NCBI GenBank assembly: GCA_965206595.1
Contig: OZ242214.1
Span: forward strand, 6,400,001 to 6,464,000
Reading direction: 5' to 3'
DNA: 64,000 bases
Source of the DNA: Candidatus Latescibacterota bacterium
GTDB lineage: Bacteria > Latescibacterota > UBA2968 > UBA8231
Shown one piece after another: positions 29,964 through 41,375 of this stretch. The notes beneath the pieces were generated by a model, which did no database searches, was not told where the DNA came from, and saw only the letters and a list, made by a program, of their open reading frames with translations. The translations under genes and the position numbers were made by a program. Every line of letters starts with the position of its first letter. Position 1 is the first letter of the stretch.

Positions 29964-32279
29964 TCAGCGCACCCTGAACTCCGCCCGCCTCTCGGATTCG
30001 TTTCCGCACCGGTCCCGGGCGGCGACGCGCAGCACGTGCCTTCCCGGCTGCAGGTCCGCTTCGGGACGGTAGAGCAGCAGGCTGGCCTCCGGGTCGTACT
30101 CGAAAATCACCCCCATTCCATCGAGCTCCATGACGAGGTCGGTCTCGGCGCCGATCCCCGAACCGGAGTCGGCGACCCTGGCCGAGAGGAGGCCCGGGCT
30201 GCGCTCCAGAACGGCACCGCCGGGGGGGGTCAACCCGGAAACCGCCGGAGGGGTTTCGTCGGCCAGCACTGCGAACCGTCCGAGGTTCCTGACCCTGGCG
30301 CCGATCCGGGTCGATCCCCGGCTCAGCCGGTTGCCTGCGAATCCCCAGCCCCCCTTCCTCCCCTGCCTGTAGACGGCGAGCTTTCCGGGCTCACCGCCAT
30401 CCTCCGGAACGGGGAATGATACCTCGACATGCTTGTCGAAACTTGCCAGCACAGGTCCGAAGGCGTATCCGGGGCCGGTGCTCTTCAGCTCCTTCGTTCC
30501 GGACGCTGCGAATGGGGAGGCCTGGGGATAGACGGGTCCATAGGCGCTTGTCGCGGCGAAGCGGAGAGAAACGGCTCCCTGTGCGAACGCCAGGTCGACC
30601 GCTTCCCCCGGAACCGCAGGGCGCAGATTCAGCGGGATCTCGAGCCGCGCCGAGGGGCGGTCAGGAGGTGCCGCGACCAGCAGGGGGACGGGGCCTGCGG
30701 GAAGGCCCGAAGCGCCCAGAAGACCGGCTGCTGCTCCCCGCAGGGCGCGCAGGTCCGCTGTCAGCTCGAATTGTCGAGGGCCTTCCTGGCGCACACGGAG
30801 GGCCGCGGCGGGAACGGGCACCGGGCTCCGCGAGGCACCCGGGCCCTTTATTTCCAGCGCAACTGCAGGGGCCGCCGACAGGTGCGCGTCGCTGGTCAGA
30901 ACGACGGTGACGTACTCCCCGTGGGCCTGGACCGGCGCCGCGGTCAGCCGCGCCGATGCAGCCGGCTCCGCGGTGAGGAATACGGCGTCGCGACCGCCGT
31001 CGGGATCGCTTGCCGCCAGCTCCCAGACCGCCCCCGGACCCCCTCCCTCGAGCGCGAAGGAGTAGGGGCCCCGTCCCACCCGAACCTCCTGCCGCACAAC
31101 AGGCAGCGCCTTTCCGCCTTCCATCGGGGACAGCGATACGATGACGCGGTCGTCGTCGGCATCGGCGACCTCCATCTCGGCGAACCAGTGGTCGCCATCG
31201 ACGGCGAGAAGCCGCGGGTTGAGGATGGCGGGGCCGGCGTTTACCAGCAGCCGGCAGCGAGCCGCGGCCCTGTTGCCGGCGGCGTCGAACGACTCGATCT
31301 CCAGCAGGTGCGACCCCTTCCCCAGGACCGGTTCGGAACCGCTCCCCGGTTCGCCGCCGCACTGCAGTATCCCCGCTGCCTCCTCTTTCGGACGGTAGAA
31401 CGGCAGGCGGTTCCCCGGCAGGCGAAAGAGGTTGAAATAGGTGCGCAGGGCCCCGCCGGAGGGAATGCGGAAGCGGTCGAGGCGCATCTGGTAGCCATCG
31501 GAGTAAGAGACCGAGGCGTAACGCGCGGAAAACCGCTCGACCCCGTCGACGAGCAGGCGGTTGCCGAGAGGCGCGAGCTTGTTGGCCGCCCCGTCGGCGC
31601 GGTCGTACCCCTCGACGGCGATCCCGATCCTGCCGAAAACCCTCACCGGGCCGGGGGCCGCGAACCTGCCCGCTGCCGCATCCGGGCGCAACTCCACCGA
31701 AACGGGGTGGGAGCGTCCGTTCACGCGGCTTGCCCAGTCCATCGGCACCAGGGCGATCCGCTGCAGGGTCGGTGCCTTCGTGTCGGTTACGGAGTAGCCG
31801 TGGAGCAGCGGGTTGAGGGGGACGTTGCCGGCATTGCGAATCTCCAGATGCAGGTGGGGCGGTCCCGCCCCGCTTTGGCCGCTGCGGGCGATCACCTCCC
31901 CGCGCGCAACCGGAAGCTCCCCCTCCCCGAACCAGAGGTCCACGCTGTAGCTGCCCGCCTCCTGCTGCGCCGCACGAACCCGTTGCGCCAGCACCTTCGA
32001 GAACGACTCGAGGTGGGCGTAGACCGCGGTCCGACCGTCGCGGAGCTTCTGATACACGGCGCGTCCGTACCCCCAGGGAGAGGTGCGGACGCGGATGACG
32101 TGCCCGGCGGCCACTGCCCGCACCTCGCACCCGGTCCGGCCCCAGGTCTTGAGATCGATGCCGGCATGAAACGCGGAGGACCGGGTTTCCCCGAAGGTCG
32201 AGGAGAGAGCGGGATCGAGGCCGAGCGGCCACAGAAGGGCAGACTCGGCAGCGGCGGAACCGGGGCCGGCTGCGAGCAT
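29964..32279 (-). CDS. M23 family metallopeptidase with long C-terminal extension
   Basis: SSTFGETRSSAFHAGIDLK, VYAHL, PHLHLEIR; true start probably somewhat upstream of ATG 32279. Confidence 0.88.
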   Translation of the reverse strand: MLAAGPGSAAAESALLWPLGLDPALSSTFGETRSSAFHAGIDLKTWGRTGCEVRAVAAGHVIRVRTSPWGYGRAVYQKLRDGRTAVYAHLESFSKVLAQRVRAAQQEAGSYSVDLWFGEGELPVARGEVIARSGQSGAGPPHLHLEIRNAGNVPLNPLLHGYSVTDTKAPTLQRIALVPMDWASRVNGRSHPVSVELRPDAAAGRFAAPGPVRVFGRIGIAVEGYDRADGAANKLAPLGNRLLVDGVERFSARYASVSYSDGYQMRLDRFRIPSGGALRTYFNLFRLPGNRLPFYRPKEEAAGILQCGGEPGSGSEPVLGKGSHLLEIESFDAAGNRAAARCRLLVNAGPAILNPRLLAVDGDHWFAEMEVADADDDRVIVSLSPMEGGKALPVVRQEVRVGRGPYSFALEGGGPGAVWELAASDPDGGRDAVFLTAEPAASARLTAAPVQAHGEYVTVVLTSDAHLSAAPAVALEIKGPGASRSPVPVPAAALRVRQEGPRQFELTADLRALRGAAAGLLGASGLPAGPVPLLVAAPPDRPSARLEIPLNLRPAVPGEAVDLAFAQGAVSLRFAATSAYGPVYPQASPFAASGTKELKSTGPGYAFGPVLASFDKHVEVSFPVPEDGGEPGKLAVYRQGRKGGWGFAGNRLSRGSTRIGARVRNLGRFAVLADETPPAVSGLTPPGGAVLERSPGLLSARVADSGSGIGAETDLVMELDGMGVIFEYDPEASLLLYRPEADLQPGRHVLRVAARDRCGNESERRAEFRVR

Positions 32280-32401
32280 GACAGCGCCCGCTGTGAGCAG
32301 TGCCTTGATGAAATCGCCCTGTATTCGAGGTGCTGCCGCAATCCGGGTGCCGCCGGTCCGGAACCGGCTGTTCGACAGGCTTCCTGGAACAGGCAAGGCA
32401 G

Positions 32402-33076
32402 CTACCGCGATCCGTCGGGGAATACCTCGAGGGCGATGCGCTCGCCCTCCACCGACAGGTAGTGGAGCGGCTCCTCGGTCCAGGACCCGGTGTTGAGATA
32501 GCGCCGGCCGTCCCGGTGCATCTCCATGGCCGCGTGGGTATGGCCGCAGGTGACGGCGCGGTGGCCGCTCGATTCCGCCCTGCTGATCGCCTTCCCGGCC
32601 ACGTGCTCGTTCAGTACGCCGTAGAGGAATCCCCACTTCTTGGCGTAGAGGGCGACGTGGACGTCCGGCATGCCGGCGAATACGAGGGCGCGGTGGAACA
32701 GCTTGAAGAGCGCCTTGAACAGGCGGTGGCGGGGCATCACCTCGTCGAGGTCATGGCCGTGAACGACCAGCAGCTGTCGCCCGATCTCCCACTGGTTTTC
32801 GAAACGGATCCCGCCCGGGTCCGGCAGCGCCAAATCGCGGTCGTGGTTGCCGCGCACCCAGATCACCGGGCGGCTGTGCGACTCGGCGACGAGGCGCCGG
32901 AGAACGGCGTCGTGCTCGGGGCAAAGGGGCTCGCCCGGATCGTCGACAATGTCCCCGTTCAGAATCAGCGCCGCCTCGAAGGGCAGTTCGTCCAGCCAGG
33001 CGAGGAACTGGGTGTTGCAGAAGTGCCTGTCCCCTAGATGGAGGTCGCTGACGACGAAGGATACCGGGGCGGTCAT
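32402..33076 (-). CDS. Metallophosphoesterase (LpxH-like calcineurin fold)
   Basis: SDLHLG, NGDIVD, RGNHD, VHGH, CGHTH, YLNTGSW. Confidence 0.88.
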   Translation of the reverse strand: MTAPVSFVVSDLHLGDRHFCNTQFLAWLDELPFEAALILNGDIVDDPGEPLCPEHDAVLRRLVAESHSRPVIWVRGNHDRDLALPDPGGIRFENQWEIGRQLLVVHGHDLDEVMPRHRLFKALFKLFHRALVFAGMPDVHVALYAKKWGFLYGVLNEHVAGKAISRAESSGHRAVTCGHTHAAMEMHRDGRRYLNTGSWTEEPLHYLSVEGERIALEVFPDGSR

Positions 33077-33171
33077 GGTTTGCCGCCTCGAGGAGCAGCT
33101 TCGAAATTGGGGTGGCAACACCTTCCGGCTCGCAATCCGGAAGGTCGCAATCGGGAGGGTTCTGGTGTTGC

Positions 33172-34698
33172 ATGCGGGATATATCGGCGGCTGAATTGAA
33201 TTACGCCACAGGTCCGGAAAGGCGCAAAGAACCCGCCTCCGGAGCGGTGCGCGCCGCTTTGCTCGAGCACCTCTCCCGCCTCCTGCCCGACCCCGGGAAG
33301 TGCGACGCCTTTGTCGATCACATGAGCTTTCCCGCTCCCCCTTCGGTCCGCGTCAATCCACTGATGCTCCAGGCGCCGCAGCTGCGGCAGGCCTGCGCGG
33401 CCATCGGCCAGGGAGTTTCCTGGTCGCCGGACGTCTTCGCGCTCGACGGAATGGAAGGCCGCCTCGGAACCGCTCTCGAGCACCTCCTCGGCGGCTGTTA
33501 CATACAGGCCAAGGCGGCGACCCTCGCCGTTGCCGTCCTCGACCCGCAGCCGGGAGAGCGAGTCCTCGATCTCGCCGCGGCGCCGGGGGGAAAATCGACC
33601 CAGATCGCCGCGGCCATGGAGAACAGCGGTCTACTCTTCGCCAACGAGCCGAACCGCCGCCGCCTTTCTGCACTGGTCGGCAACCTCGAGCGCTGCGGGG
33701 TGCACAACTGCGTCCTCACGCAGGCTCCGGGAACGGTGCTGGCCCGCTATTTCCACAACTGCTTCGACCGCGTCCTGCTCGACGCTCCCTGCAGCGGCGA
33801 CGGGATCCTGCGCAAGGACGAGGGAGTGCTGCGCTACTGGTCCCCCGAAGACGCCGTCCGCAAGAGCTGGCAGCAGCTCGGACTGGCGCGGGCGGCCTTC
33901 CACATGCTGCGCCCTGGCGGATCCCTGGTCTACTCCTCCTGCTCGCTGTCGACCGAGGAGAACGAGGACGTCCTTCTCGCCCTTCTGCGCACCTATCCGG
34001 AGCAGGCCGAGGTGACCCCGATCAACCAACCAGAACTCGGCCCCCCGCTTGCCGGTGACGCCGCTTCCGACTACCCGGACAGCTTTCGCGGAACGGCGCG
34101 CGTCTGGCCCCATCTCCAGGATACGGAAGGGGCCTGGGTCGCCCGGGTCCGCAAGCTGGCTGCAACCGAATGGAAGGTTGTCGAGGGGAACGCAGGCGGC
34201 CGCTTCGAGCAACCTGAACCTGCAGCGGACAGAGGTGCGCTCGACGGCCTGGAAGAGCGCTGGGGATTCCGGGTTTCCATCCCCGCAGACGGCATCCTGA
34301 CGGCCGGGCCCAGGCACTTCCAAGTACAACCCCGGTCCTGGGAGGCCTTCGCCGGGCTTCCCTTTTACGTGCGCAGCGGCATGAAGGTCGCCAGCATCCA
34401 CAAGGGCCATCCCTACCTCACCCACCAGGCGGCGACCCTGTGGGGAGCGGAGATGACGCGCCGCCTGCTGCCGCTGGAGTGGGCGGACGTCCGCTCCCTG
34501 TTCGCCGGCAGGGACATCGATCTCGAAGGGAGGAAGGTGGACGCCGGGGAAGTGCTTCTCAACCATGGGCCGTGGTCGCTGGCGCGAGGTCTCGTGCACG
34601 CCGACGGCAGCTTGACGGGGTTCCTGCCCAGGTCGCTGCGGACCGGGACTCTCACCAGGATTCGCGACTGGGGCGGCGGCGAGCGGCCCCGGGCCTGA
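33172..34698 (+). CDS. RsmB/RsmF (NOL1/NOP2) RNA m5C methyltransferase
   Basis: VLDLAAAPGGKS, LLDAPCSG, VYSSCS, ENEDV. Confidence 0.9.
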   Translation: MRDISAAELNYATGPERRKEPASGAVRAALLEHLSRLLPDPGKCDAFVDHMSFPAPPSVRVNPLMLQAPQLRQACAAIGQGVSWSPDVFALDGMEGRLGTALEHLLGGCYIQAKAATLAVAVLDPQPGERVLDLAAAPGGKSTQIAAAMENSGLLFANEPNRRRLSALVGNLERCGVHNCVLTQAPGTVLARYFHNCFDRVLLDAPCSGDGILRKDEGVLRYWSPEDAVRKSWQQLGLARAAFHMLRPGGSLVYSSCSLSTEENEDVLLALLRTYPEQAEVTPINQPELGPPLAGDAASDYPDSFRGTARVWPHLQDTEGAWVARVRKLAATEWKVVEGNAGGRFEQPEPAADRGALDGLEERWGFRVSIPADGILTAGPRHFQVQPRSWEAFAGLPFYVRSGMKVASIHKGHPYLTHQAATLWGAEMTRRLLPLEWADVRSLFAGRDIDLEGRKVDAGEVLLNHGPWSLARGLVHADGSLTGFLPRSLRTGTLTRIRDWGGGERPRA

Positions 34699-35011
34699 GG
34701 CGGCGGCTCCGATTGGCACTCGGTTCCCTGCGCCACCCGGGCGGTTTTGTTGAACCCCGCATTCCCGGCCAGGCCGGCAGGCCGCCAAGGGACCAGGTCT
34801 TCAGGGAGGTGTCTCCGGAGTGGCACCTGCAATGGGTGCGGCCGGACCGACGCAGAGGGCCGGAAGCAACCTGGCCGGAAGCAGACCAGCCCATACCCCA
34901 GTCGGATGATGGGCAGAATCCCGCAATTCCGGCGCCCGGGTTCGAACGACAAGAAAGACGGTACCTGACCGGCTCACTGGTTTCCTGCCAGCAAGTAGCC
35001 CAATTCTGAAT

Positions 35012-36265
35012 ATGGCTGGCGCGGAATCCGCTTCCCCCATGCTCCCGGGTCGAACTGTGAAATGGACGGTTCACGGCCTGCTTACGGATTTTATGCGAGC
35101 CGGGAGCAGCGGCCGGCCGCACACATTCGGTAACCCTGCCGCTCTCTGCGCGGGCAGCGGCAAAACACAATGGCAGCAGACCGAAACGAACCTCCCCGGC
35201 AGGGTACCCACTGTCCCGCGGCTGGTTTCCCTCCTTCTTCTGCTGTTCCAGGCCCCGGACCTGACGCCGGCAGCCGCCCGGGAGGGCTCTGCAGCCGAAT
35301 GGCAGAAGGGGATCACCTTTACACACCTGTACCGCCCGCACAACAACCTCCTGTCGGAGCGGTCCCGGCAGTCGCTCGAACATCTGCGCTCTCAGGTCGG
35401 GGCGGAGTGGATCGCCCTGAACCCGTTCGGGTACCAGCGCGACGTCGACGATCCGAACGTCCTGTTCGGAGGGGACCCTCCCGACGCACACCTGCGCCAC
35501 GCCATCGCCGGCGCCCACGAGCTCGGCCTCAAGGTGATGCTCAAACCGCACATCTGGCTGCACCACCAGAGCGCCGAGCGCTGGCGGGGGACCATCGCCA
35601 TGAAAACCGAGGAGGACTGGGAAGCCTGGTTCCGGAGCTACGGGAACTTCATCCTCCACTACGCCGCCATCGCCCAGGCGGAGGGCGTCGAGATCTTCTG
35701 CATCGGAGTCGAGCTGGCGCGCACCGCGATCGAGCGGGAGCAGGACTGGCGGGCCCTCGTCGCCGAGATCCGGAAGCGCTACCGCGGGCGGCTGGTGTAC
35801 GCGGCCAACTGGTGGCAGGAGTACGACCGCATCGGTTTCTGGGACGCCCTCGACTACATCGGCGTCAACGCCTTCTTCCCGCTCAGCGACGTCCCCGACC
35901 CCTCGGCCGAGACGCTGCGCGCCAACGCCGAGGCGGTCGCCGGGGAGTTGGCGCTGCTGCATCAGCGCACCGGCAAGCCGGTGCTGTTCACGGAGGTCGG
36001 ATTCAAGAGCACCCGCGGCACCAGCATGCGGCCCTGGCTGTGGCCGCGGCGGTTCGAGCCGGAAATCGACCTCGAGGCCCAGTCGCGCTGCTACGAGGCG
36101 GTGCTGCAGGTCTTCTGGAGCAAACCTTGGTTTTCCGGGATGTACTGGTGGAAGTGGTTCAGCGACCTCGACCGCGGCGGCGCCTCCCACCCCGGGTTCA
36201 CCCCGCGAAGAAAGCCGGCGGAGTCCGTCCTCGCAGAGTGGTACCGCAAACCGAGGCCGAGATGA
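35012..36265 (+). CDS. Glycoside hydrolase family 113-like TIM barrel protein
   Basis: GLKVMLKPHIW, IGVEL, VYAANW, GVNAFFPL, FTEVGF, YWWKW; real start probably near 35200. Confidence 0.8.
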   Translation: MAGAESASPMLPGRTVKWTVHGLLTDFMRAGSSGRPHTFGNPAALCAGSGKTQWQQTETNLPGRVPTVPRLVSLLLLLFQAPDLTPAAAREGSAAEWQKGITFTHLYRPHNNLLSERSRQSLEHLRSQVGAEWIALNPFGYQRDVDDPNVLFGGDPPDAHLRHAIAGAHELGLKVMLKPHIWLHHQSAERWRGTIAMKTEEDWEAWFRSYGNFILHYAAIAQAEGVEIFCIGVELARTAIEREQDWRALVAEIRKRYRGRLVYAANWWQEYDRIGFWDALDYIGVNAFFPLSDVPDPSAETLRANAEAVAGELALLHQRTGKPVLFTEVGFKSTRGTSMRPWLWPRRFEPEIDLEAQSRCYEAVLQVFWSKPWFSGMYWWKWFSDLDRGGASHPGFTPRRKPAESVLAEWYRKPRPR

Positions 36266-36779
36266 ACTGTGTGCCTTCTGCAGCCCCGGGGGCCTGAACG
36301 CCGGGGACGCCCGCTCAACTGCGAGCTGGTACTCCCCCGCCAGCTCCGCTTCGATCCGGAACCGAGGTCTTGAGGACCGCCAGGGCCGCGGGATACACCA
36401 GGCCATGGACGAGGGAGGGCGAAGCAGGCCCTTTGGGATTCGCGCGGAACCGCGGCCCTGGCTCGAACTTCACGATACACAGCTTCACCGACGAGGAGCT
36501 TCCCCGCTCCCGGAAAACGCCTGGGCGAACAGCTGACAATCGATCCGGGTACTGCCGGGTCGGCTCTTCCAAAGAGTTCCAGCCCACCAGGGGAAAGCCT
36601 TTCGTTCCCCTGCGGAACATCTTTCCCACCCCGGCCGGCAGGCCTTCACCCGCGAGTTTCCACACACCCACCATATGCGGGGCCCCTCCGGCCGGTCGCC
36701 CCCAGATCCGGAGGTCTTCCCAGCATCAGATCCGCATTGTTCCCCGAAACGGTGGTTGTATTCCATCGGTCTCGACGCA

Positions 36780-36795
36780 TGGCACGCGGTTTGCC
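36780..36795 (+). promoter_or_regulatory. sigma54 (-24/-12) promoter with no downstream ORF
   Basis: TGGCAC-GCGGT-TTGC, exact GG-N10-GC spacing. Confidence 0.7.
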
Positions 36796-36805
36796 GGAGG
36801 GAACC

Positions 36806-36912
36806 CAGATCCATCTCCTCCTGTGGTTCGGGATCCGAAGGCAGAGTCTCCCCTTCGCATCCATCTGCAACTCCTCTCGCAGATGGAGCCTTCGGATCCC
36901 GCTTTTTTTTTT
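36806..36912 (+). ncRNA. Candidate sigma54-dependent small RNA
   Basis: Between the sigma54 box and a 14-bp stem (36829-42/36888-901) followed by T10; inner 9-bp hairpin; three CUCC motifs in unpaired regions. Confidence 0.55.
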
Positions 36913-37525
36913 ACGATTCCTGGCGCCAGGCGGGAAACAGCTCCTGCCGGATTCCCAGCAGGTTGAGAATGCGTCCGGCCATGAAGTCGGCCAGATCGTC
37001 GAACGATTTGGGCTTCTGGTAGAAGGCCGGCATGGCGGGAACCACGGTAGCGCCGGCCTCGGCGAGCGCCGTAAGGTTGCGCAGCTGGATCAGGTTCAGC
37101 GGGGTCTCTCGCGGCACCAGGATCAGCGGCCGCCGCTCCTTCAGGGCGACGTCGGCGGCGCGCTCGATCAGGTTGGAGGAGGAGCCGCAGGCGATCGCTG
37201 CGAAGGTCTTCGCCGAACAGGGAATGACCACCATCCCGTCCAACGCCACCGAGCCGCTGGCGAGCGCCGATGTCAGGTCGTTGACCCCGTACTCGACGAG
37301 AGTGCCCGCAGCGACGTCGTCTCCGTACAGTCGCTGGAGAAACTGCTGCACCGACTCCTTGTCGGGCTTCAGGCCCATCTCTTCGTGCAGGATGTAGCGC
37401 CCGTACCGCGACAGTACCAGGTGGGCCTCATGGCCACCCTGCAGCAGGGCGCGCAGGAAGCGGCAGGCGTAGATGCCGCCGCTCGCACCGGTGACGGCAA
37501 CGGCGATTCTCCTGGTTTCACTCAT
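36911..37525 (-). CDS. ubiX: Flavin prenyltransferase UbiX
   Basis: [44 protein letters not shown]. Confidence 0.95.
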   Translation of the reverse strand: MSETRRIAVAVTGASGGIYACRFLRALLQGGHEAHLVLSRYGRYILHEEMGLKPDKESVQQFLQRLYGDDVAAGTLVEYGVNDLTSALASGSVALDGMVVIPCSAKTFAAIACGSSSNLIERAADVALKERRPLILVPRETPLNLIQLRNLTALAEAGATVVPAMPAFYQKPKSFDDLADFMAGRILNLLGIRQELFPAWRQES

Positions 37526-39545
37526 CGGCTTCGCCTTTACGACTCCCCGGTCCCTGCTGGTTCGCGGCACCGGCCCGCAGGGTCTCGATGATGGCGTCGA
37601 CGTCGTAGACGCAGCCGCCCCAGGTGCCGCCGCCGACGTTCTGGAGCGCCGCCCACAGCCTCGTGTCGTCAGGCAGTTCCTCCTCGGCGGCAAGGTCGGG
37701 GCGCGGTGGGCGCTGCCGCAGCACCTCTTCCCCGCGCCCGGCTCCGAACTCGACCCCGGCTTCGCCGACGAGGTCGAGGCGTCCGCGCAGCCCGCGGGTG
37801 TCGATCTCGATGCCGACCAAGTCCCCGTCCCGCAGCTTGCCGAGCGGTCCGCCGCCCAGGGCCTCGGGTCCGATGTGGCCGACGCAGGCACCGGTCGAGA
37901 ACCCGGAGAAACGCGCGTCGGTCAGGACCGCCACCCGGCTTCCGTAGTCGAGGTACTTCAGCGCCGTCGTCACCTGGGCGATCTCCTCCATGCCGGTGCC
38001 CAAGGGGCCGCAGCTCAGCAGCACCATCACGTCCCCGGGCTCGATCCGCTGCGCCTTGAGGGCGGCGACCGCGGCGCGCTCGGTAGTAAATATCTTCGCC
38101 GGTCCTGTGTGCCGGTAACAGCCCTCTCCGTCGAGCACTGCCGGGTCGATCGACGTGCTCTTCACCACCGATCCCTCCGGCGCCAGGTTGCCGCGCGGGA
38201 AGCAGACGGTGCTGGTCAGGCCTTTGCCGCGGGCAGCTTCCGGCGACATGATCACCTCGTCCGGGTCGACGCCGTCGGCCGCGCGCAACACCTCCCTGAA
38301 GCGGGCACGGCGCTCGCTGTTCTCCCACCAGTCGAGGTTCTCCCCGAGCGGCTTTCCGGTCGCGGTCAGGGCCTCTTCCTCGAGCAGCCCGAGGGCGCGC
38401 AGGTGCAGCATCACCTCCGGCACCCCTCCAGCGAGGAAGGCGCGCACGGTCGGGTGGTACTGCGGTCCGTTCGGCAGCACGTCGACGAGGCGGGGAACCA
38501 GGCGGTTGAGGCGGTCCCAGTCCTCGACGGTAGGGCGCGGTCGCCCGGCGGCGTAGGCGATCGCCGGAACGTGCAGGATCAGGTTGGTCGAGCCGCCGAA
38601 GGCGGCGTGGGTGACCATGGCGTTGTGGAACGCCGCATCGGTCAGCAGGTCCCGCGAGGCGATCCCGGCACTTTCCAACGCCCTCACTGCCCGCGCCGTG
38701 CGCGTCGCCATGTCGTACCACACCGGTTCCCCGGAAGGAGCGAGGGCGGCGTGCGGCAGGGTCAGCCCGAGCGCCTCGGCGACGACCTGCGAGGTCGCGG
38801 CGGTGCCGAGAAACTGGCAGCCGCCCCCGGCGGTGGCGCAGGCCCGGCAGCCGTAGTCGTTGACCTCGTCGATGGTGATCTCGCCGTGGGCGAGGCGCAC
38901 CCCGACCGATTGGATCTTGCCGGCGTCTTCACCGTGCTCCGGGGGCAGGGTGACCCCCCCGGGGATCACGGCGACTGGAAGGTCGCGGGTCCCGGCGAGG
39001 GCGATCAGCACCGCCGGCAGCCCCTTGTCGCAGGTGCCGACGCCGATGACGCCGCGGCGAGTCGGCAGCGAGCGGATCAGGCGCCTCATCACCAGGGCGG
39101 CGTCGTTGCGGTACGGCAGGCTGTCGAACATCCCCGCGGTCCCCTGGGAGCGGCCGTCGCACGGGTCGGAGCAGTAGGCGGCGAACGGAATCCCCCCCAG
39201 CCGCCGGATCTCGCGGGCGGCCGCCTCCATCAGCAGCCCCACCTCCCAGTGGCCGGTGTGGTAGCCGAGAGCGACCGGGGAACCGTCCGGCGCCCGGATC
39301 CCCCCCATGGTGCTGATGATGAGGAACTCGCTGCGCCCCAGCTCCGAGGGGTCCCAGCCCATGCCGGCGTTCTGGCTGTAAGCGAAGATGTCGCCGCTCG
39401 GGGAGCCGGTCACCTGCTCGATCTGCAGCGGCAGCCTGCCCTCCGGCCCCGGCGCCCGGGTGCGCACCTCGAATACGTCGTCTCGGGAGGGGGCCTCGAC
39501 GATCTGCTCGAACCCCGGAAGCTGTCCGTTGCGGTTTTGCGTCAT
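37518..39545 (-). CDS. YjhG/YagF-type sugar-acid (xylonate) dehydratase, IlvD/Edd family
   Basis: [54 protein letters not shown]. Confidence 0.92.
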   Translation of the reverse strand: MTQNRNGQLPGFEQIVEAPSRDDVFEVRTRAPGPEGRLPLQIEQVTGSPSGDIFAYSQNAGMGWDPSELGRSEFLIISTMGGIRAPDGSPVALGYHTGHWEVGLLMEAAAREIRRLGGIPFAAYCSDPCDGRSQGTAGMFDSLPYRNDAALVMRRLIRSLPTRRGVIGVGTCDKGLPAVLIALAGTRDLPVAVIPGGVTLPPEHGEDAGKIQSVGVRLAHGEITIDEVNDYGCRACATAGGGCQFLGTAATSQVVAEALGLTLPHAALAPSGEPVWYDMATRTARAVRALESAGIASRDLLTDAAFHNAMVTHAAFGGSTNLILHVPAIAYAAGRPRPTVEDWDRLNRLVPRLVDVLPNGPQYHPTVRAFLAGGVPEVMLHLRALGLLEEEALTATGKPLGENLDWWENSERRARFREVLRAADGVDPDEVIMSPEAARGKGLTSTVCFPRGNLAPEGSVVKSTSIDPAVLDGEGCYRHTGPAKIFTTERAAVAALKAQRIEPGDVMVLLSCGPLGTGMEEIAQVTTALKYLDYGSRVAVLTDARFSGFSTGACVGHIGPEALGGGPLGKLRDGDLVGIEIDTRGLRGRLDLVGEAGVEFGAGRGEEVLRQRPPRPDLAAEEELPDDTRLWAALQNVGGGTWGGCVYDVDAIIETLRAGAANQQGPGSRKGEADE

Positions 39546-39555
39546 GATGGATCGA

Positions 39556-40452
39556 TCACACCGGTTGCAGTCCCGGCCACTCGCCGAGAAGCAGGAGGTC
39601 GGCCAGGGTGAAGAGGAAGAAGACCATGCTGACGATGCTGTTCATCGTCATGAAGGCGGTGTTGACCTTGGTCAGGTCGTCCGGCCGCACCAGCCGGTGC
39701 TCGTAGAACAGCAGGGCGGCGATCAGCGCCACCCCGGCGATGTAGAGAAACTCGAGAGGCATCAGGGCCCCGAGGGCGAGCATGAAGAGGACGGCGAGGC
39801 CGTGAAGTCCGCGTGCGAAGTTCAGGGCGCCGCGCAGGCCGAAGCGAACCGGGATCGAGTGCAGGCCGCTGTCGCGGTCGAAGTCCCGGTCCTGGCAGGC
39901 GTAGAGGATGTCGAACCCCGCCACCCAGAAGAGCACGGCCAGTCCGAGAACCAGGGGCGGAAGCGCGATGCCTCCGGTCACGGCGATCCAGGCCCCCACC
40001 GGGGCGAGCGCGAGACTGATGCCGAGCACGAGGTGGGAAACCCAGGTGAAGCGCTTGGTCCAGGAGTAGAAGAAGACGATTCCGAGGGCCACGGGCGAGA
40101 GTGTGAAGCAGAGCGGGTTGAGGTTGTACGCGGCCACGGCCAGGAGCGCGGAGGAGACGGCGACGAAGAGGGCCGCGGAGGTGACGGACATCGCCCCGCT
40201 CGGAAGCTCCCGGTTGCGGGTGCGGGGATTGGCGGCGTCGATGTGACGGTCGGCGACCCGGTTGAAACCCATGGCGGCGCTGCGCGCCGCGACCATGGCG
40301 ACGACGATCCAGCCGGCCTGGCTCCAGGAGAAGCCGGAGGTCGCCGCGGCCAGGGCGGCCCCGCTCAGGGCGAACGGCAGCGCGAAGATGCTGTGCGAGA
40401 ACCGGATCATGCGGCCGTACAGCGGTATCTGGGCGAGCAGTGATACGGTCAC
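39556..40452 (-). CDS. UbiA-family prenyltransferase (MqnP-like)
   Basis: [50 protein letters not shown]. Confidence 0.92.
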   Translation of the reverse strand: MTVSLLAQIPLYGRMIRFSHSIFALPFALSGAALAAATSGFSWSQAGWIVVAMVAARSAAMGFNRVADRHIDAANPRTRNRELPSGAMSVTSAALFVAVSSALLAVAAYNLNPLCFTLSPVALGIVFFYSWTKRFTWVSHLVLGISLALAPVGAWIAVTGGIALPPLVLGLAVLFWVAGFDILYACQDRDFDRDSGLHSIPVRFGLRGALNFARGLHGLAVLFMLALGALMPLEFLYIAGVALIAALLFYEHRLVRPDDLTKVNTAFMTMNSIVSMVFFLFTLADLLLLGEWPGLQPV

Positions 40453-41375
40453 TGGTTCTGGTTGGCCGCCGCGGTTGCCGGCTCGCCGCTGCCGGCTGCC
40501 GGGAAGAACCGCAGCTCCGGCACGCGCTCGATTTCTCCGTGCAGAAGGGCGAGCCGGAAGAACTCGCGCACCCCGGAAAGCTCCGCTTCCCCGAGATCGT
40601 AGGAGACGTGCTCGCGCAGGTAGCGCTCGTAGAGTTCGACGGAGCCGGCGCGCTCGCGCTGGAACTGGCGCGCGATGCGCGGTATGTCCGCTTCCCCCTG
40701 GCCGCGCGCTTCGATGAGGCGGCGCGCCTGCAGCGGATCGAGGGCACCTTCCCTGCCTGCCCAGCAGGCGAACACGAAGGGAAGCCCGGTGAGGTCTGCC
40801 CACTCGCGGCCGAGATCGAGACTGTGGCGCAGGGCCGGGCTGTTCCCCCCGCCCGCCGGAGATCCCCCCTCCCGTTCCGAAGCGCCGAACAGCGGCAGCA
40901 CCGGGTCGCCGATCAGCAGCGCGGCGTCGGCCCGATGGAGCATTTCGTCGAGGTCGGGGGCGGCGTGCTCAAACGCCGGACGCAGGCCGTACTTCTCCGC
41001 CAGCAGGATGCGCAGCAGGGCGACGGAGGTCTGCGAACTGACGTCGACGGCGACGGTGCGGACGGCTCCGAGATCGCCGCGGAAGAACAGGCGCACCGTC
41101 AGCACCTCCCCCCGGCAGCCGACGGCGACCCCGGGGACCAGCGCGTACCGGACCGGGCTGAGGGCGTATTCGATGATCGGCACCAGCCCGAGGTCGATGC
41201 GGCCGGCGCGCAGGTCGCGGGAGCAGGCCGAGGGCAGGTCGTACACGAGGGAGAACGGGCCCTCGTGAAGGCAGTCCTCGAGGGCCGCGGTCAGGGGCCT
41301 CGAGTTGAGGAAGCTCACCGCCCCCAGGCGCACGGGCCGTTGCGGGGGCTGGCTTTGCAGGGGGGGCGGGGGCAT
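40449..41375 (-). CDS. mqnA: Chorismate dehydratase
   Basis: GAVSFLNSRPL, SSQTSVALL, ALLIGDP, DLGREW..LTGLPFVFACW. Confidence 0.92.
   Translation of the reverse strand: MPPPPLQSQPPQRPVRLGAVSFLNSRPLTAALEDCLHEGPFSLVYDLPSACSRDLRAGRIDLGLVPIIEYALSPVRYALVPGVAVGCRGEVLTVRLFFRGDLGAVRTVAVDVSSQTSVALLRILLAEKYGLRPAFEHAAPDLDEMLHRADAALLIGDPVLPLFGASEREGGSPAGGGNSPALRHSLDLGREWADLTGLPFVFACWAGREGALDPLQARRLIEARGQGEADIPRIARQFQRERAGSVELYERYLREHVSYDLGEAELSGVREFFRLALLHGEIERVPELRFFPAAGSGEPATAAANQNQ

Noticed and set aside
34700-35010. Two TGGCAC hexamers as sigma54 promoters, or an ncRNA
   Set aside because: Neither has TTGC at the -12 position, and there is no convincing structure or ORF.
36485-36814. 109-aa minus-strand ORF preceded by AGGAGGAG
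   Set aside because: SD-to-ATG spacing is only 2-3 nt and the protein has no recognisable features; the sRNA reading explains the sequence better.
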